DNA of 64,000 bases, taken from NCBI RefSeq assembly GCF_055900595.2, contig NZ_CM148325.1; one strand, given 5' to 3'. Shown piece by piece: positions 25,272 to 35,365 of the stretch. The notes under the pieces are model-generated. The model worked only from the letters and a program-made list of their open reading frames with translations, was not told where the DNA came from and did no database searches. The position numbers and the translations under genes were made by a program. Each line of letters opens with the position of its first letter. Positions within the stretch are counted from its first letter, which is position 1.

Positions 25272-27578
25272 TCAATACAACTCATCAAGTTTTCTCATCG
25301 CTTGTTCCCGTATTGCGCGCGTCTTACCGTTAAGCGCCAGCTGCCGAACTAAATCCAGTTCAGGGTTAACAAGCTCTAACGCCAGCAAAGGATCACGTTT
25401 CAGCCTCGCCTTCAATACATCAACTGGAAAGCGGGGATTATTCATCGCCACAATCCACCACTCGGGATCAATTTCTGCCGCCAGTGCCGCAGGGGGGGTG
25501 TGGCGGTTGCTAAGTGCGCCGAACTTGAAAAATGTGAGATTGCTTTTCGCCAGTGTACTCCACCATATACGATCCGGTTGTTTTGCCAGTACATCCAGTT
25601 GTGCTAACGCATCGGGGTCGAGTGCATAATAAACACGTAACGCTTCGTTAACCTGCGCACGGGAACTGTTTTCCTGCCTCAGAAAAAACTTCGCCCAAAT
25701 ATCATTGCATGGCGTGTTTTGCTGTAATTCCTTGAGAACAACAGCGGGTAAATTATCCCAACTAATTAATGCACTCTCTAAAAAGTCCCAGTCGTCCGAA
25801 CGTATCAGAGAGGTGGCATTTAATAGCATCTGGTCATCAACTTCACCGTAGCTGATAAGCTCAGACAAAATCATATCAGCGCTGGTTTCATATGCATCTG
25901 AATCTGCTTTGGGATTATTTTTCCGATGCGATAAAGCACGTTGCCAAATTTTTTGTTTCATCGACGTGCTCAGATACTGATTTTTCGCCAGATTACTCCA
26001 CCCCTCAGGATCGTTGAAACGTGTCAATAACCGTTGTAGAGCAGCGTCAGAGTGAATTTCCTGCATATCCCGACAGCAAAAGTAGGCAGGGGATTTTTTC
26101 TCCATCCTTTTAACAAAATTAAACTGTAAGTTATCTGGCAATGCTAAAAATAACACACGTATTAGATCATCGTCATTCTCGAATTTTTGGTATAAATATA
26201 CTGCAACTTTGTCACTCTCTTGTGGCGTCATCCGCAACAATTGACCATGGTGTTTCATCTCTGCCAGCTTTGACGCTAAGCTTGTGACAACATCGTTTGA
26301 TGAATCGTTCGCCAACTGCATTGCCTGATTGTAGGTGAGTTGTCCTCCAGCACCGACCTGACGAATAGAGGGATCATCACTGCGGATATAGCCATCAATA
26401 ATGGATTCGGGCAATAACCACGCATCTTTATAAAGCTCCTGAATGATCATATCCCAATCTCTTTTCGCCAGAGTCATGACGATATCCAGAGGGAGATTTT
26501 CACGTAGCGCAAGATTCAACGGACCGACACCATCAGGTAGATGACTCATTCGCGTCATTATTTCGACAGAGAGCGGTTCACGGTCGAGCAACCCCAGAAC
26601 AACAGGCTGGTAACCCAATTGCTGATCGGTCAACTCCAGAATCTCATTGTCAGGCATATATCTCGCCATACTTTCAATCGTTTGTCCATCATTGCTATTA
26701 ATAAGTTGTTTGCGTAGGTTAGCTGAAATTCCTTTAATCCTTGGGAGAGTTCGCATTATGGCAAGATCAAATGTCGCAATATCTCGTCCTTCAAATGCAG
26801 CAACGTTGCCTTCATCCAGCATTTGCAATTCCTGCACTAACTCAGGAGAAGGCTTAGGGCGAAACAGCGCTTCTTTTTTCATCAGACTACAGATATTCCC
26901 TGCCATGGGAATATTGCTTCGCTTAAAAATTTCTTTCAGAGCATCTTCATCATTTATTAGACCCCAATAATATGCATCAGGATTTATTATCATCAGCGCT
27001 TTTTTGACATTTTCAGTGTCATTTTTGTCACTCGCACGGACCATGAATTCACTATTTGTCGAAGACGCAACAACAGGTGCAATTATGTCATTGATAAATA
27101 TCCCTCGCGCATTAATACTCCCCTTAATCGTAGACGGATTATCGTAATATGAGTCGATAAATACCAGTCCACTTGCATTTATCGAACCGGTAATTAACAG
27201 TGGTGAATCCGTAACTATATTCGTTGCCGTCACGTTACCGAGAATAACCCATGGATTAGAAAGAGATAAAGTGGAAATATTACCTTTGACTGTCAAATTG
27301 CCAAGAACAATCAATTTTTGATTACTCTCTATATTACCGTCTACCACTAAATCGCCACGATGCACTTTCCAGTCCGATGCAGATAAACCGAAGGGGACAA
27401 GGTTCACGCTACTGTTGATAGCTTGTTCAACTTGTTGTTTATCTTCAGCGGTAGCCGCAGAAAAAAATGGTTCAATATCAACTGCATTTGCAACACATCG
27501 AAGGTCCGCCTGTACTGGAAGACTCAGCATAAACAGGGGAAGTAAACCTATCCAGCTGCAAATCCTGGGCTTAAACAT
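25272..27578 (-). CDS. ydbD: YdbD, large secreted/periplasmic protein of unknown function
   Basis: ORF 25272..27584 (770 aa) with N-terminal signal peptide; conserved upstream partner of ynbABCD. Confidence 0.85.
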   Translation of the reverse strand: MFKPRICSWIGLLPLFMLSLPVQADLRCVANAVDIEPFFSAATAEDKQQVEQAINSSVNLVPFGLSASDWKVHRGDLVVDGNIESNQKLIVLGNLTVKGNISTLSLSNPWVILGNVTATNIVTDSPLLITGSINASGLVFIDSYYDNPSTIKGSINARGIFINDIIAPVVASSTNSEFMVRASDKNDTENVKKALMIINPDAYYWGLINDEDALKEIFKRSNIPMAGNICSLMKKEALFRPKPSPELVQELQMLDEGNVAAFEGRDIATFDLAIMRTLPRIKGISANLRKQLINSNDGQTIESMARYMPDNEILELTDQQLGYQPVVLGLLDREPLSVEIMTRMSHLPDGVGPLNLALRENLPLDIVMTLAKRDWDMIIQELYKDAWLLPESIIDGYIRSDDPSIRQVGAGGQLTYNQAMQLANDSSNDVVTSLASKLAEMKHHGQLLRMTPQESDKVAVYLYQKFENDDDLIRVLFLALPDNLQFNFVKRMEKKSPAYFCCRDMQEIHSDAALQRLLTRFNDPEGWSNLAKNQYLSTSMKQKIWQRALSHRKNNPKADSDAYETSADMILSELISYGEVDDQMLLNATSLIRSDDWDFLESALISWDNLPAVVLKELQQNTPCNDIWAKFFLRQENSSRAQVNEALRVYYALDPDALAQLDVLAKQPDRIWWSTLAKSNLTFFKFGALSNRHTPPAALAAEIDPEWWIVAMNNPRFPVDVLKARLKRDPLLALELVNPELDLVRQLALNGKTRAIREQAMRKLDELY

Positions 27579-27641
27579 ATGCACTCCATGCCATTAAAAA
27601 AGAAACAAAAGGGAAATGCATCTTTCCCTTTTGTATATTCG

Positions 27642-28502
27642 TTATTCTCGCGAAATACCGTCCAACGTAGACAACACGTCCGCAGAAAGATGCAATTTTT
27701 CTGAGGCCATATTCTCCCGTAAATGAGCAACAGAAGACGTTCCTGGGATCAGCAAAATATTCGGTGAACGTTGTAACAGCCACGCCAGCGCCACCTGCAT
27801 TGGTGTTGCACCCAGGCTCGCAGCAACATCGGAAAGCGTGGAGGATTGCAGCGGCGTAAAGCCCCCGAGCGGAAAGAACGGCACGTAGGCAATGCCGTCA
27901 CGAGCCAAAGCATCAATCATTGCGTCATCAGCACGATGAGCAATGTTGTATTCGTTCTGCACACAGACAATTTCGGTAATCTTACGCGCCTCTGCAACCT
28001 GCGTCGGTGTGACGTTGCTCAGGCCAATATGTTTTACCAGGCCTTGTTGTCGCATCTCTGCCAGCACGGTCAGGCTGGCTTCAATCGATCCTTCCGCTGG
28101 GCCATGACCATCCCCCATCATAACGCGCAGGTTAACCACATCCAGTACGTCCAGTCCGAGATTACGTAGATTATCGTGTACCGCTTTTTGCAACTCTGCC
28201 GGAGAAAATGCGGGCAACCAGGAGGCGTCCTCTCCACGCCGCGCCCCAATTTTAGTAACAATGGTCAGGTCGTCAGAGTAAGGATAAAGCGCTTCGCGGA
28301 TAATCTGATTGGTGACGTGCGGACCATAAAAGTCACTGGTATCAATGTGATTGACGCCCAATGCTAGCGCCTCGCGCAGAACGGTTATAGCGACGTGGCG
28401 ATCTCTGGGCGGGCCGAAAACCCCAGGACCTGCCAGTTGCATCGCGCCATAACCAAGACGGTTAACGGATTTTGTACCGAGAGTAAATGTGTTGCTGCTC
28501 AT
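27642..28502 (-). CDS. pdxI: Aldo-keto reductase, pyridoxine 4-dehydrogenase PdxI (YdbC)
   Basis: 286 aa AKR family protein. Confidence 0.9.
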   Translation of the reverse strand: MSSNTFTLGTKSVNRLGYGAMQLAGPGVFGPPRDRHVAITVLREALALGVNHIDTSDFYGPHVTNQIIREALYPYSDDLTIVTKIGARRGEDASWLPAFSPAELQKAVHDNLRNLGLDVLDVVNLRVMMGDGHGPAEGSIEASLTVLAEMRQQGLVKHIGLSNVTPTQVAEARKITEIVCVQNEYNIAHRADDAMIDALARDGIAYVPFFPLGGFTPLQSSTLSDVAASLGATPMQVALAWLLQRSPNILLIPGTSSVAHLRENMASEKLHLSADVLSTLDGISRE

Positions 28503-28632
28503 CGCACCCTGCCCTGTAATAAAACGAATTCAGAAAAATCAGTATAGAAATGAAAAGAGATAAATAATGCGAAGGCGTAAACAAGATTACTGGATGAGTT
28601 GCTCTATTGTCCTGAAAAACACCAAAACAAAA

Positions 28633-28655
28633 CGCGTCAAGCGCCGCATCCGGCA
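28633..28655. repeat. REP (repetitive extragenic palindrome) element
   Basis: GCGTCAAGCGCCGCATCCGGCAA, typical E. coli REP consensus. Confidence 0.6.
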
Positions 28656-28690
28656 ATAAAAAACCGCAACCTGTATCAGCGTTGCGGTTT
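28655..28690 (-). terminator. Intrinsic terminator of ydbA
   Basis: On minus strand AACCGCAAC-loop-GTTGCGGTT followed by TTTTTTATT, 20 nt after the ydbA stop. Confidence 0.7.
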
Positions 28691-28709
28691 ATGCATCACA
28701 TACTAAAAA

Positions 28710-31700
28710 TTAGAACGTTTTCTTGAAGTTCAGCATCACGCCTTTATCGCTGATACCATCCTCTTTCCAGTGGTAAGCATCCAGATTCAGCGAACTTTCT
28801 TTGCTGCTGTACTTCACGCCGACGCTTGCCAGACTGTTGATGCCGCCGCCCTTTTGCCCATCATCGACATTAAAGTGCTGGCTGCCTGCGCCTGCCAGGC
28901 TTGCCGTGCGCTGGCTCTTGCTGTAGCTGAGGTTCGGCCCACCTTCCAGCGCGGCGTTCGCACTCCAGCCGTCTTTGCCTGCGTAGTCCAGCTTCAGCCC
29001 AACGATGCTGTCCACCGCCGTTTCGCTGCCGCTGTTCATGCTCAGGTTAAAGTCTCCGGCATTGCGCTCCTGATAGTCGCCTTCCAGCATGTGACGCAGT
29101 TTCAGACCCGCATATGGCGTGATTTTCAGCCCTTCGCGCGGTTCAAAGGTTTTCGCCCCTTCGCTACGGAACTCCAGGTACTGTTGTTTCACATTCGTGT
29201 CTGCCGTCTTACTGATGTCGCCGTAAGCCACCGAACGGCTGCTGTCCAGTTGGTGAATATCGTAACGCAGCGCGTTATTCCAGCTCATACCGTTGTCAAA
29301 GGACATCTGATGCTTCAGGCCAAAGAACTGGCTGTAGCCGCCTGTAACACCATTATCACCCGCTTTCTGCGCACCGTCGCCGTCCAGACGGGCGATACCG
29401 TACTCCAGGCTCATGGTCTGGTTTTCGCTCAGGTCGAGGGTTTTACGCAGCGCCAGCATGTCGTACTCGGTATTGTTACCCAGCTCAGCACGCGGATCGC
29501 CTTTCGCCACCACGTTAAATGCCAGAGCGTTGCCCATCTTCGGTGCGGCGTCTGCCAGCATACTAAAGCGATTGCTTAACACACGCGCTTCGCGGAATAC
29601 CGTGGTCGCCTGGCTACCGCTAATTTGCTTAAGTGCGCTGTTCAGCTCTGCAGTGGTGCCGACGTTCAGACTGGTATACAGCTCATTGTTGGTGTAACCC
29701 GCATCCAGCGCTTTTGCCACGTCATTCACTGAGGCATCCGTCGCCACATCGGTGTAGGCTTTTTTGCTCATGGTCACGTCAACGTTGCCGCTGGCGTCGG
29801 TACTGCCTGTCGCCTGCCAGACAACAGATGTCGAAGTGATCGCTTGCGCATCGGTCAGGTTGCTGCCTTGCACCACATCATCAAAGCTGGCGGTTTTGTC
29901 CGCCGTTCCCGCCGCAAAAGCAGTGTTGATCTCCACGCCTTTCATACTGGCGTTATTGACCATCAGCTTACCAGCGCTACCATCGGCGTTCGTCCCCACC
30001 ACGTAACCATTGAGGTTGTTCATGCCATCGTTGCGGCTAACGGAAGAAGAATGACTGTCGTCGTATGGCGTAATGGTGGGTTCTTCCGGCGCGGTAAAGT
30101 CGACATAGTGTACTTCCGTACCGTCTCCCCCTTCACCACTGCCCTCCATCACCGTGCCAGATTGTTTAATTAATCCGGAACCATTCACGCTGTCGTCAAT
30201 ATAAACAGTGCCGTTGTTAACAATATGACCATTGCTCCCGAGCTTGCTGAAGGCATATGAATTGCTGGCATATATATTGATGGTGCCGTTATTCTCAATC
30301 ACCGCATCAGCCGTGGCATCGGACTCCAGTTGCATCCCTATCATGCCTGTCCTGCTGGTTCCTTGCGTGCCAACGTTTATGGTGCCGTTGTTGATCATTT
30401 TGGCTTTACCGTGCGCCGACATCGCCACATTACTATTTTTGTCGATATTAATAATGCCGTCGTTTATTGCCTTGCTGGCCGTGTTTGATGTCAGGATCTG
30501 CCCGTTGATGACGCCAGACTGGCCATTATAGAACGTATGCCCATCACCACCGGTGCTAATTCTCATGTCACCTTCAACTGTCCCCCAGTTATTAAAATGT
30601 CCTGTCCACAGCGCATTCGTCGCCACCGTTGCCACACCGCCTTCCAGATTGTTGAAGGTGCCACCTTTATCAACCGATGCGTTATGTACGGTACCAGCAT
30701 TATTGAAGGTAGAGGCTGCAGCAAAAGTTATTTTCTCTACTTTTCCACCGGCCTGATTATTCATTACGGCAGACCCGGAAGAACATTTCCAGGCATTCAC
30801 CGTTCCGGTGTTATAAAAACGGCTGGCCCACTGGTCAACCGTGTTGATGCTGCCTGAGTTGTGAATAATCGATCCTGCAACAGTCGTTCCGACTTGCCCG
30901 GTCACCATACCTTCGTTAGTGAACACTCCGCCATCCACAGAAACAGTTTTTGTCGTGCCGTGGTTGGTGTATTCCCCACCCGTTGCGATATCAACCTCAT
31001 TAATACTGCCCGTGGTTTCATTGACCAGATGACCAAAGTCAGCCACGGTGACAGGTCCCCCGGTGACCGTACCCGTGTTTGTTACCAGGGTTTCGGCGGT
31101 TGCCGTGATATCAGTAGTACCGCCATATGAAGACAGGTTAAGCGTTTCCCCGTCAGCCGTAATAATGTCACCATTTCTCCAGCTTAATGAAACAAACCCA
31201 TCAGTCGAGTTATAGGCGTTATTGTCCTGGCAAATACCAAAAGTACAGATGGTCCCGTAATTAACAATAGTCCCGCTGCCATCGTTATAGAACGCCTGCC
31301 CGTTTTCAGCATTAATATTGATGATGCCCGTCTGATCATTAATCGCAGTGGCACCATTGTAAACAGCCATGCCGACCAATTTATTTGGCCCCAGCGTATC
31401 ATCATCATTTTCATTTACTTCCAGATTTATAGTTCCCTGGTTAATAATAATGTTACCTGGCTTCATCGCAGCCATACCGGCACCGGAATTATAGAGTGTT
31501 ATTTCACCACCCTGCTGATTAATGGCGGTAGAATTAACGCTGGCACCAGAACTGTCTGTACCCACAGCCATCCCGACAGCATAATCTTTGGCGCTGTCAT
31601 GAGCGATATTGGACGCCAGACTGGAAGTATCGTTTTCATCAACCCATAATGCGTCAATGAAAATCTTACCCATATTGTCAATGGTTGAATTATTGGAGGC

Positions 31701-34202
31701 CAGCATGCCAACACTCCCCCGGCCGTACATTTGGATCTCACCGGCAGTATTATTTAAAGCGGTGCCATTGTTGCCTGCCGTCATCCCCGTCAGACTAATG
31801 ACTTGATTATTAAAAATTAAAGGGTCACTCAAACCTTGAGCGTTCAGACTATTGAAAATACGTCCCTGCGCGAGTACCTTACTGGTGATGGCACTGTTAT
31901 TAACAACTCGACCACCATAGACGCTCAAATACGCAGAACTAGCAGAGTCTGATGTATTCCCCTCTACGCCGTAGATAGAAATCGTTACGTTGTTATTATT
32001 TACAGCTAGCGACTCTTCACCAGTAGCCCTGGCAAAGCCAATATTACCCAGTTCTACATCACCATTATTTATCATCTGCGAACCGGAATTCACCAGTACA
32101 ACCTGTGATGTGTCACTATTATAATGATCAAATGTATTTATATCTTTTAGGATAAAAGTGGCGTTGCGGCCAAGTTCTAAATGGGCTCGGTTATTCAGTT
32201 GAATGATATCGCCTAATCCAAGCGGAAAAACACCACTGATTGTTGAATCCCCATTTAGATACAGAGTAGAGTGCCCATCGATTTTGATAACAGGCGTATC
32301 GCCATAACCATTACGTTTTAAAGCAGGTGTGGAGCCATCCTGTAGAGTATTTTCTTCGCCAGCTAAATGGATACCACCATTAATTTCGACGGTATTACCG
32401 TCACCCGACACAACCAGACCATTAATATTTTCCTGGCTGCCATCCATTTCATTATAGCTACGAGAAGTGACTTCACTGTCAGCAACAATGGTAAGATTGC
32501 CATTTAATACGATATTATTGTCGTGTCCCTGCACCTGAATGCCAACAGAAGGGGTAAAAAAGTCATTTATTGAATGCTCTCCGGCCTGATTTTTATCCAC
32601 CAGAATATTACCGGTAATTTCAACTTCATTGCCATCACCGGCTACATTTACCCCTGTCGCAACACTGCCAGTCACATTAAGCTCATTTGTCGCCAGCGTC
32701 ATGGCGTTATTATTTCCAGACACATCCAGACCGGTTGAATAATCCCCTACATCCACACGGCCAGCCAGAGAAATCAGACCATCATCTCCAACGACGCGAA
32801 TCCCGGTACTGAAATTATTAGCAATGATGTCCCCCACATTGATAAGAGTAGAATGATTACCCTCAATCAGAATCCCTGTCGCATTGGCCTCTGAACTACC
32901 ATTACTGACGGAAATATCCCCCCTGTTAATGAACGTCGACGCATCACCACTGAGAGAAACACCCAGCGAATTTTCATCCACGACCGTTATATTGCCTTTA
33001 TTGCTGACGATCGCGCCATTACCCTCAACATCAATACCCCGTGCAGCATTGCTAACGTATAAATCCCCTTCCTGTATAACCGTCGCATTATTACCAACGA
33101 TTTTGCTGCCCGTTGAATTTTGCCCATCAACCGTCATATGTCCTTTATTATCGGTCCTGACATCATTACCGCTAATAACGGCCCCTATTCCGCCGTTATT
33201 GACAGTGGAGTCGCCAGTGTTATTTAAGATTGTACGATCGCCATTGACGATAACCGCCGTGCCAGCATCGACCACCGTCTGACCGTTATTATTGATGGTT
33301 ATATTATCGCCGGTCAGGATACCGACCACCGAATCTTCACCGACAGCCTCTGTTTTACCCTCGTTTGTCAGCGCAATGTTGTTACCATTAATCATCATCA
33401 CCGTGCCGCCATTCAGGGCCGTGTTACCGCCCTGGTCAGTGATAATCGCATCATTAACGGTAATTATTCTGCCCGTTGTTCCATCAGACACGACACTGGC
33501 TAACTGTGTGACGTGGAGTTTACCTTCGTCATCGTAGCGCCATTCCATATCACCTGTGGTACTCACACCACTAAAGATGGCGGTATGAGTCTCTTCATGG
33601 TTTTCCCACTCTGTCACAATGGTTTTTCGGCCATCTTTTGCCGACAGCGTGTAGCTACCATCGACATTCTGTATATAGGTGAACGTTGCCCCGCGAATCT
33701 TCAGGGTTTGCGCGTCCTTGTCCCATGTCACATTGTTATCAAAGACAACGGGTTCTGTTCTCGGTAGGTCAACATCATCACCGCTATTGTCGGGTGGAAT
33801 AACATTACCGCCGTTATCTGGCTTTACAGGTATACCTGAATCTTCATCACTGGGAACGGGTAGCGGTAGAGGGCCATTATCATCTGGCGGTATGGGCTGG
33901 GGAAAAGAAGAGTGAGCAGAATGATCATTGTCATGAGACAATTCAATCACTGCGAGTGTTGCCAGTACCGCCGTGGCACCTAATGCCAGTAACGAGCTGA
34001 AACCATTATTTGTAACAACAGCACATTTTTCTGGCACTGTTTTCAACTTCGTTGACGGTCGGGCGTGCCCTTCTGACTGACATGTCATTTGAGAGCTTCT
34101 GCGCATACTGTCTGCACTCTCGCCTTCTGTTATTTCCGCCCCCCAGCTTTGGCCACTTAACGCTATAGCGATACACGCTGATAATAACGTTTTCTTTTGC
34201 AT
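28710..34202 (-). CDS. ydbA: YdbA autotransporter (type Va) with long beta-helical repetitive passenger and C-terminal beta-barrel, uninterrupted
   Basis: 1830 aa single ORF; signal peptide; Pro-rich linker; many degenerate ~20-aa Gly/Asn/Thr/Val-rich repeats (NNGTINV...-type); C-terminal barrel ending ...MLNFKKTF. Confidence 0.88.
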   Translation of the reverse strand: MQKKTLLSACIAIALSGQSWGAEITEGESADSMRRSSQMTCQSEGHARPSTKLKTVPEKCAVVTNNGFSSLLALGATAVLATLAVIELSHDNDHSAHSSFPQPIPPDDNGPLPLPVPSDEDSGIPVKPDNGGNVIPPDNSGDDVDLPRTEPVVFDNNVTWDKDAQTLKIRGATFTYIQNVDGSYTLSAKDGRKTIVTEWENHEETHTAIFSGVSTTGDMEWRYDDEGKLHVTQLASVVSDGTTGRIITVNDAIITDQGGNTALNGGTVMMINGNNIALTNEGKTEAVGEDSVVGILTGDNITINNNGQTVVDAGTAVIVNGDRTILNNTGDSTVNNGGIGAVISGNDVRTDNKGHMTVDGQNSTGSKIVGNNATVIQEGDLYVSNAARGIDVEGNGAIVSNKGNITVVDENSLGVSLSGDASTFINRGDISVSNGSSEANATGILIEGNHSTLINVGDIIANNFSTGIRVVGDDGLISLAGRVDVGDYSTGLDVSGNNNAMTLATNELNVTGSVATGVNVAGDGNEVEITGNILVDKNQAGEHSINDFFTPSVGIQVQGHDNNIVLNGNLTIVADSEVTSRSYNEMDGSQENINGLVVSGDGNTVEINGGIHLAGEENTLQDGSTPALKRNGYGDTPVIKIDGHSTLYLNGDSTISGVFPLGLGDIIQLNNRAHLELGRNATFILKDINTFDHYNSDTSQVVLVNSGSQMINNGDVELGNIGFARATGEESLAVNNNNVTISIYGVEGNTSDSASSAYLSVYGGRVVNNSAITSKVLAQGRIFNSLNAQGLSDPLIFNNQVISLTGMTAGNNGTALNNTAGEIQMYGRGSVGMLASNNSTIDNMGKIFIDALWVDENDTSSLASNIAHDSAKDYAVGMAVGTDSSGASVNSTAINQQGGEITLYNSGAGMAAMKPGNIIINQGTINLEVNENDDDTLGPNKLVGMAVYNGATAINDQTGIININAENGQAFYNDGSGTIVNYGTICTFGICQDNNAYNSTDGFVSLSWRNGDIITADGETLNLSSYGGTTDITATAETLVTNTGTVTGGPVTVADFGHLVNETTGSINEVDIATGGEYTNHGTTKTVSVDGGVFTNEGMVTGQVGTTVAGSIIHNSGSINTVDQWASRFYNTGTVNAWKCSSGSAVMNNQAGGKVEKITFAAASTFNNAGTVHNASVDKGGTFNNLEGGVATVATNALWTGHFNNWGTVEGDMRISTGGDGHTFYNGQSGVINGQILTSNTASKAINDGIINIDKNSNVAMSAHGKAKMINNGTINVGTQGTSRTGMIGMQLESDATADAVIENNGTINIYASNSYAFSKLGSNGHIVNNGTVYIDDSVNGSGLIKQSGTVMEGSGEGGDGTEVHYVDFTAPEEPTITPYDDSHSSSVSRNDGMNNLNGYVVGTNADGSAGKLMVNNASMKGVEINTAFAAGTADKTASFDDVVQGSNLTDAQAITSTSVVWQATGSTDASGNVDVTMSKKAYTDVATDASVNDVAKALDAGYTNNELYTSLNVGTTAELNSALKQISGSQATTVFREARVLSNRFSMLADAAPKMGNALAFNVVAKGDPRAELGNNTEYDMLALRKTLDLSENQTMSLEYGIARLDGDGAQKAGDNGVTGGYSQFFGLKHQMSFDNGMSWNNALRYDIHQLDSSRSVAYGDISKTADTNVKQQYLEFRSEGAKTFEPREGLKITPYAGLKLRHMLEGDYQERNAGDFNLSMNSGSETAVDSIVGLKLDYAGKDGWSANAALEGGPNLSYSKSQRTASLAGAGSQHFNVDDGQKGGGINSLASVGVKYSSKESSLNLDAYHWKEDGISDKGVMLNFKKTF

Positions 34203-34848
34203 GAGAAATCCTTTTCAATGAATGACATTTCAAATAATAAAATATGAGTAATAGATAAGAAATAGCCACAGGCTGTGTCATGATTTAATGTCTGCTCTTG
34301 AAATTTTATTTAGCAATCCCAGAACATTCAACTTAATTAGTATTTCGAAACCTCAATGTAGACACATAAAAAACAAATTATTCGATTACTTAGGCTATTT
34401 GTTGCATTATTACACATCCTCTAACAATAATCAGACAAAAAGCAATGTCAGCGTCAAATTGGGTAGCTGATTCATATTACTGACCACTCCGGAAATTCAT
34501 TCATCGTGAAAATATTAACATTTCAACCATGTTCCATTTAATCAACCCACTGAAAATCTGGAGGTTATCTACTGCGGTTTGTTGTTGACTGCCCCTGACA
34601 GGTTTACCAGGCGTTGACAGAAGATGAGGCTTGCAAGATGCTAAAAACAATGTGGTGTTACAAGCAATCCCATAAACCTCGTAACTTCACTGAAATGAGC
34701 GATGCCGTCCATATTTGGGTTGACTATAAAAACCCTTAATATTGAGGTTGATGATGATATTCATGATGGCATTGGAAAAATAGGACACCCATAAAATATC
34801 TATACAGCCTTTAAATTAAATCATTGAAATATCGCTGTTGCATAGTGC

Positions 34849-35172
34849 TTATTTTTGCAACCATTTCCCGTTAATTCCCTGCACATATTCCCCCGGTTTG
34901 GCCCGAGCTACAAGCTTTTGCCCGGCGAGTTTCGCGATATCATCTACCGAGACATTATTTTGCTTTGCCAGTTGTTGGTAACTCACTTTACGTGCGGCAT
35001 TAATCTCGGTTACTAATTTCTCTGTTTCAGCATCCGTTTTCAACGCAACCAAATAACCGTTAAATGTTTCACCTACCCGCCCCTGGGTTCTGGCCTCGTC
35101 CAGTGTTAATGCCACTACATTGCTGCTTACCAGTCCAACAAGAAACGCACAAAGAAGTAATGTTTTCTTCAT
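34849..35172 (-). CDS. ydbL: YdbL (DUF1318) periplasmic protein
   Basis: ORF 34849..35253; canonical start MKKTLLLCAFLVGLVSSNVVA (signal peptide) at 35172. Confidence 0.88.
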   Translation of the reverse strand: MKKTLLLCAFLVGLVSSNVVALTLDEARTQGRVGETFNGYLVALKTDAETEKLVTEINAARKVSYQQLAKQNNVSVDDIAKLAGQKLVARAKPGEYVQGINGKWLQK

Positions 35173-35179
35173 CATCCCC

Positions 35180-35365
35180 TCAGAAAAGATCGCTACGGGT
35201 TTTGAGTAAATCTTCGACATCTTTGTCTGCCTTAATGATGATCTCATGCTCAATTTTAACGTTCATATTGATAGTGATCGGTTCCTTAGGTGCAGCGACT
35301 TCAATGCGAGGCGTACAGCCAACCAGCATAAAAGATGACGTCAACGCAGCCAGTAAAATTTTCAT
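35180..35365 (-). CDS. ynbE: Lipoprotein YnbE
   Basis: 61 aa with lipobox LVGC; overlaps ydbH stop by 4 nt. Confidence 0.88.
   Translation of the reverse strand: MKILLAALTSSFMLVGCTPRIEVAAPKEPITINMNVKIEHEIIIKADKDVEDLLKTRSDLF

Noticed and set aside
28770-33915. Multiple 60-270 aa plus-strand ORFs (e.g. 28770..29579, 30232..30531, 32884..33282) in the ORF track
   Set aside because: All lie antisense within ydbA, are low-complexity (Ala/Val/Leu/Pro-rich) mirror images of the repetitive passenger, and lack RBS; treated as spurious.
28710-34202. Short periodic nucleotide repeats in ydbA considered as a possible CRISPR-like or satellite array
   Set aside because: Repeats are degenerate, in-frame and encode the beta-helical passenger repeats; there are no identical direct repeats with unique spacers and no cas genes anywhere in the window.
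34288-34470. 60-aa ORF in the ydbA-ydbL junction
   Set aside because: AT-rich, low-complexity, no ribosome-binding site; more likely promoter DNA of ydbA than a gene.
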